IMG/VR virus record: IMGVR_UViG_2529293039_000011
DNA from: a virus
Lineage: Duplodnaviria > Heunggongvirae > Uroviricota > Caudoviricetes
DNA length: 41,625 nucleotides
Direction: 5' to 3' (one strand)
This document shows positions 40,785-41,625 of the stretch, in pieces. The position numbers and the translations under genes were made by a program. Position 1 is the stretch's first letter, and every line of letters begins with the position of its first letter. The notes below the pieces were generated by a model. That model was not told the DNA's origin, did no database searches, and saw nothing but the letters and a program-made list of their open reading frames with translations.

Positions 40785-40811
40785 TTAGCCAGGTAACACA
40801 GTGTTATGACA

Positions 40812-40838
40812 GTCCGCCGGTTCAGGCGGGCTTTTTTG
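40812..40838 (+). terminator. Intrinsic terminator after lom
   Basis: Hairpin GTCCGCC-GGTTCA-GGCGGGC followed by TTTTTTG. Confidence 0.5.
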
Positions 40839-40842
40839 TGAG

Positions 40843-41625
40843 GTGAATATGGCAGTAAAGATTTCAGGTGTACTGAAAGACGGCACAGGAAAACCGGTAC
40901 AGAACTGCACAATCCAGCTGAAAGCAAAACGTAACAGCACCACGGTGGTGGTGAACACGCTGGCCTCAGAAAATCCGGATGAAGCCGGGCGTTACAGTAT
41001 GGACGTTGAGTATGGCCAGTACAGCGTCACCCTGCTGGTTGAAGGTTTTCCTCCTTCGCATGCCGGGACCATCACAGTGTATGAAGATTCTCAACCCGGT
41101 ACGCTGAATGATTTTCTCGGTGCCATGACGGAGGATGATGCCCGTCCGGAGGCACTGCGACGTTTTGAACTGATGGTGGAAGAGGTGGCGCGTAACGCTG
41201 AGGAGGCGAAGAAGAATGCCGGAGAGGCGGAGACGTCAGCAAGGAATGCCGGCATATCAGCCAGTCAGGCAGAAAAGAGCGCTGCACATGCTGACACTTC
41301 AGCAGGATATGCATCGGAGTCAGCCCGGCAGGCGGCAGAAAGTGCAGCCTCAGCAAAGCAGTCAGAGGAGGCGTCCTCGTCCTCGGCCTCTGAGGCCGCT
41401 CAAAAAGCCAGTGAGTCATCACAAAGTGCAGCAGAAGCTGAATTGTCAAGAAAGACGGCAGAAAGTGCAGCCGGTAATGCAGCCAGGGATGCAACGACCG
41501 CAGCAGAAAAAGCCCGGGAGTCAGCAGAAAGCGCACAGTCAGCGGAACAAAGCAGGATAGCGGCGGAAGACGCCGTAAACCGAATCCCCACCGTGGTGGG
41601 ACCTCCCGGGCCAACTGTCTCTTGA
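40843..41625 (+). CDS. stf: Side tail fiber protein Stf, N-terminal portion (260 aa in this window; native C-terminus probably missing)
   Basis: N-terminus AVKISGVLKDGTGKPVQNCTIQLKAKRNSTTVVVNT... matches my recollection of lambda Stf; Ala/Ser/Glu-rich repeats follow; ORF stops at the last base of the window after a collagen-like GPPGPT. Confidence 0.8.
   Translation: MNMAVKISGVLKDGTGKPVQNCTIQLKAKRNSTTVVVNTLASENPDEAGRYSMDVEYGQYSVTLLVEGFPPSHAGTITVYEDSQPGTLNDFLGAMTEDDARPEALRRFELMVEEVARNAEEAKKNAGEAETSARNAGISASQAEKSAAHADTSAGYASESARQAAESAASAKQSEEASSSSASEAAQKASESSQSAAEAELSRKTAESAAGNAARDATTAAEKARESAESAQSAEQSRIAAEDAVNRIPTVVGPPGPTVS

Noticed and set aside
41072-41614. 180-aa minus-strand ORF within stf
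   Set aside because: Antisense to the Ala/Ser/Glu-rich repeat region of Stf; a low-complexity artefact.

Overview
This window is a near-complete lambdoid (lambda-like) prophage of an enterobacterial host, laid out in integrated order: int-xis-early left genes-N-immunity region (cI/cro)-cII-O-P-ren-nin region-Q-lysis cassette-cos-terminase-head-tail-J-lom-stf. The window begins exactly at the int stop codon and ends inside or at the end of stf, so neither att site is visible. All protein identifications rest on recall of reference phage sequences; no searches were run. The phage is mosaic: int, xis, ea8.5, ea10, cII, O, P, ren, Q and tail genes Z through J look lambda-type, whereas the recombination module (Rad52-like annealing protein plus SSB), the immunity region, the lysis cassette (phage 21-type pinholin plus SAR endolysin) and the head module (lambda-B-like portal plus a protease-capsid fusion) are not lambda-like. 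Three lesions are visible: an IS100 insertion with a 5-bp target duplication splitting an early gene, a 1-nt frameshift in O inside the origin, and a 1-nt frameshift in the tape-measure gene at an A7 run. The best candidates for undescribed accessory functions are single cargo genes in three classic moron slots: a 310-aa gene in the rexAB position between cI and pL, a polytopic membrane protein with its own promoter and terminator between pR' and the holin, and a 156-aa gene between N and ea10. None of these can be assigned a function from sequence alone. No tRNA, rRNA or CRISPR array was found.
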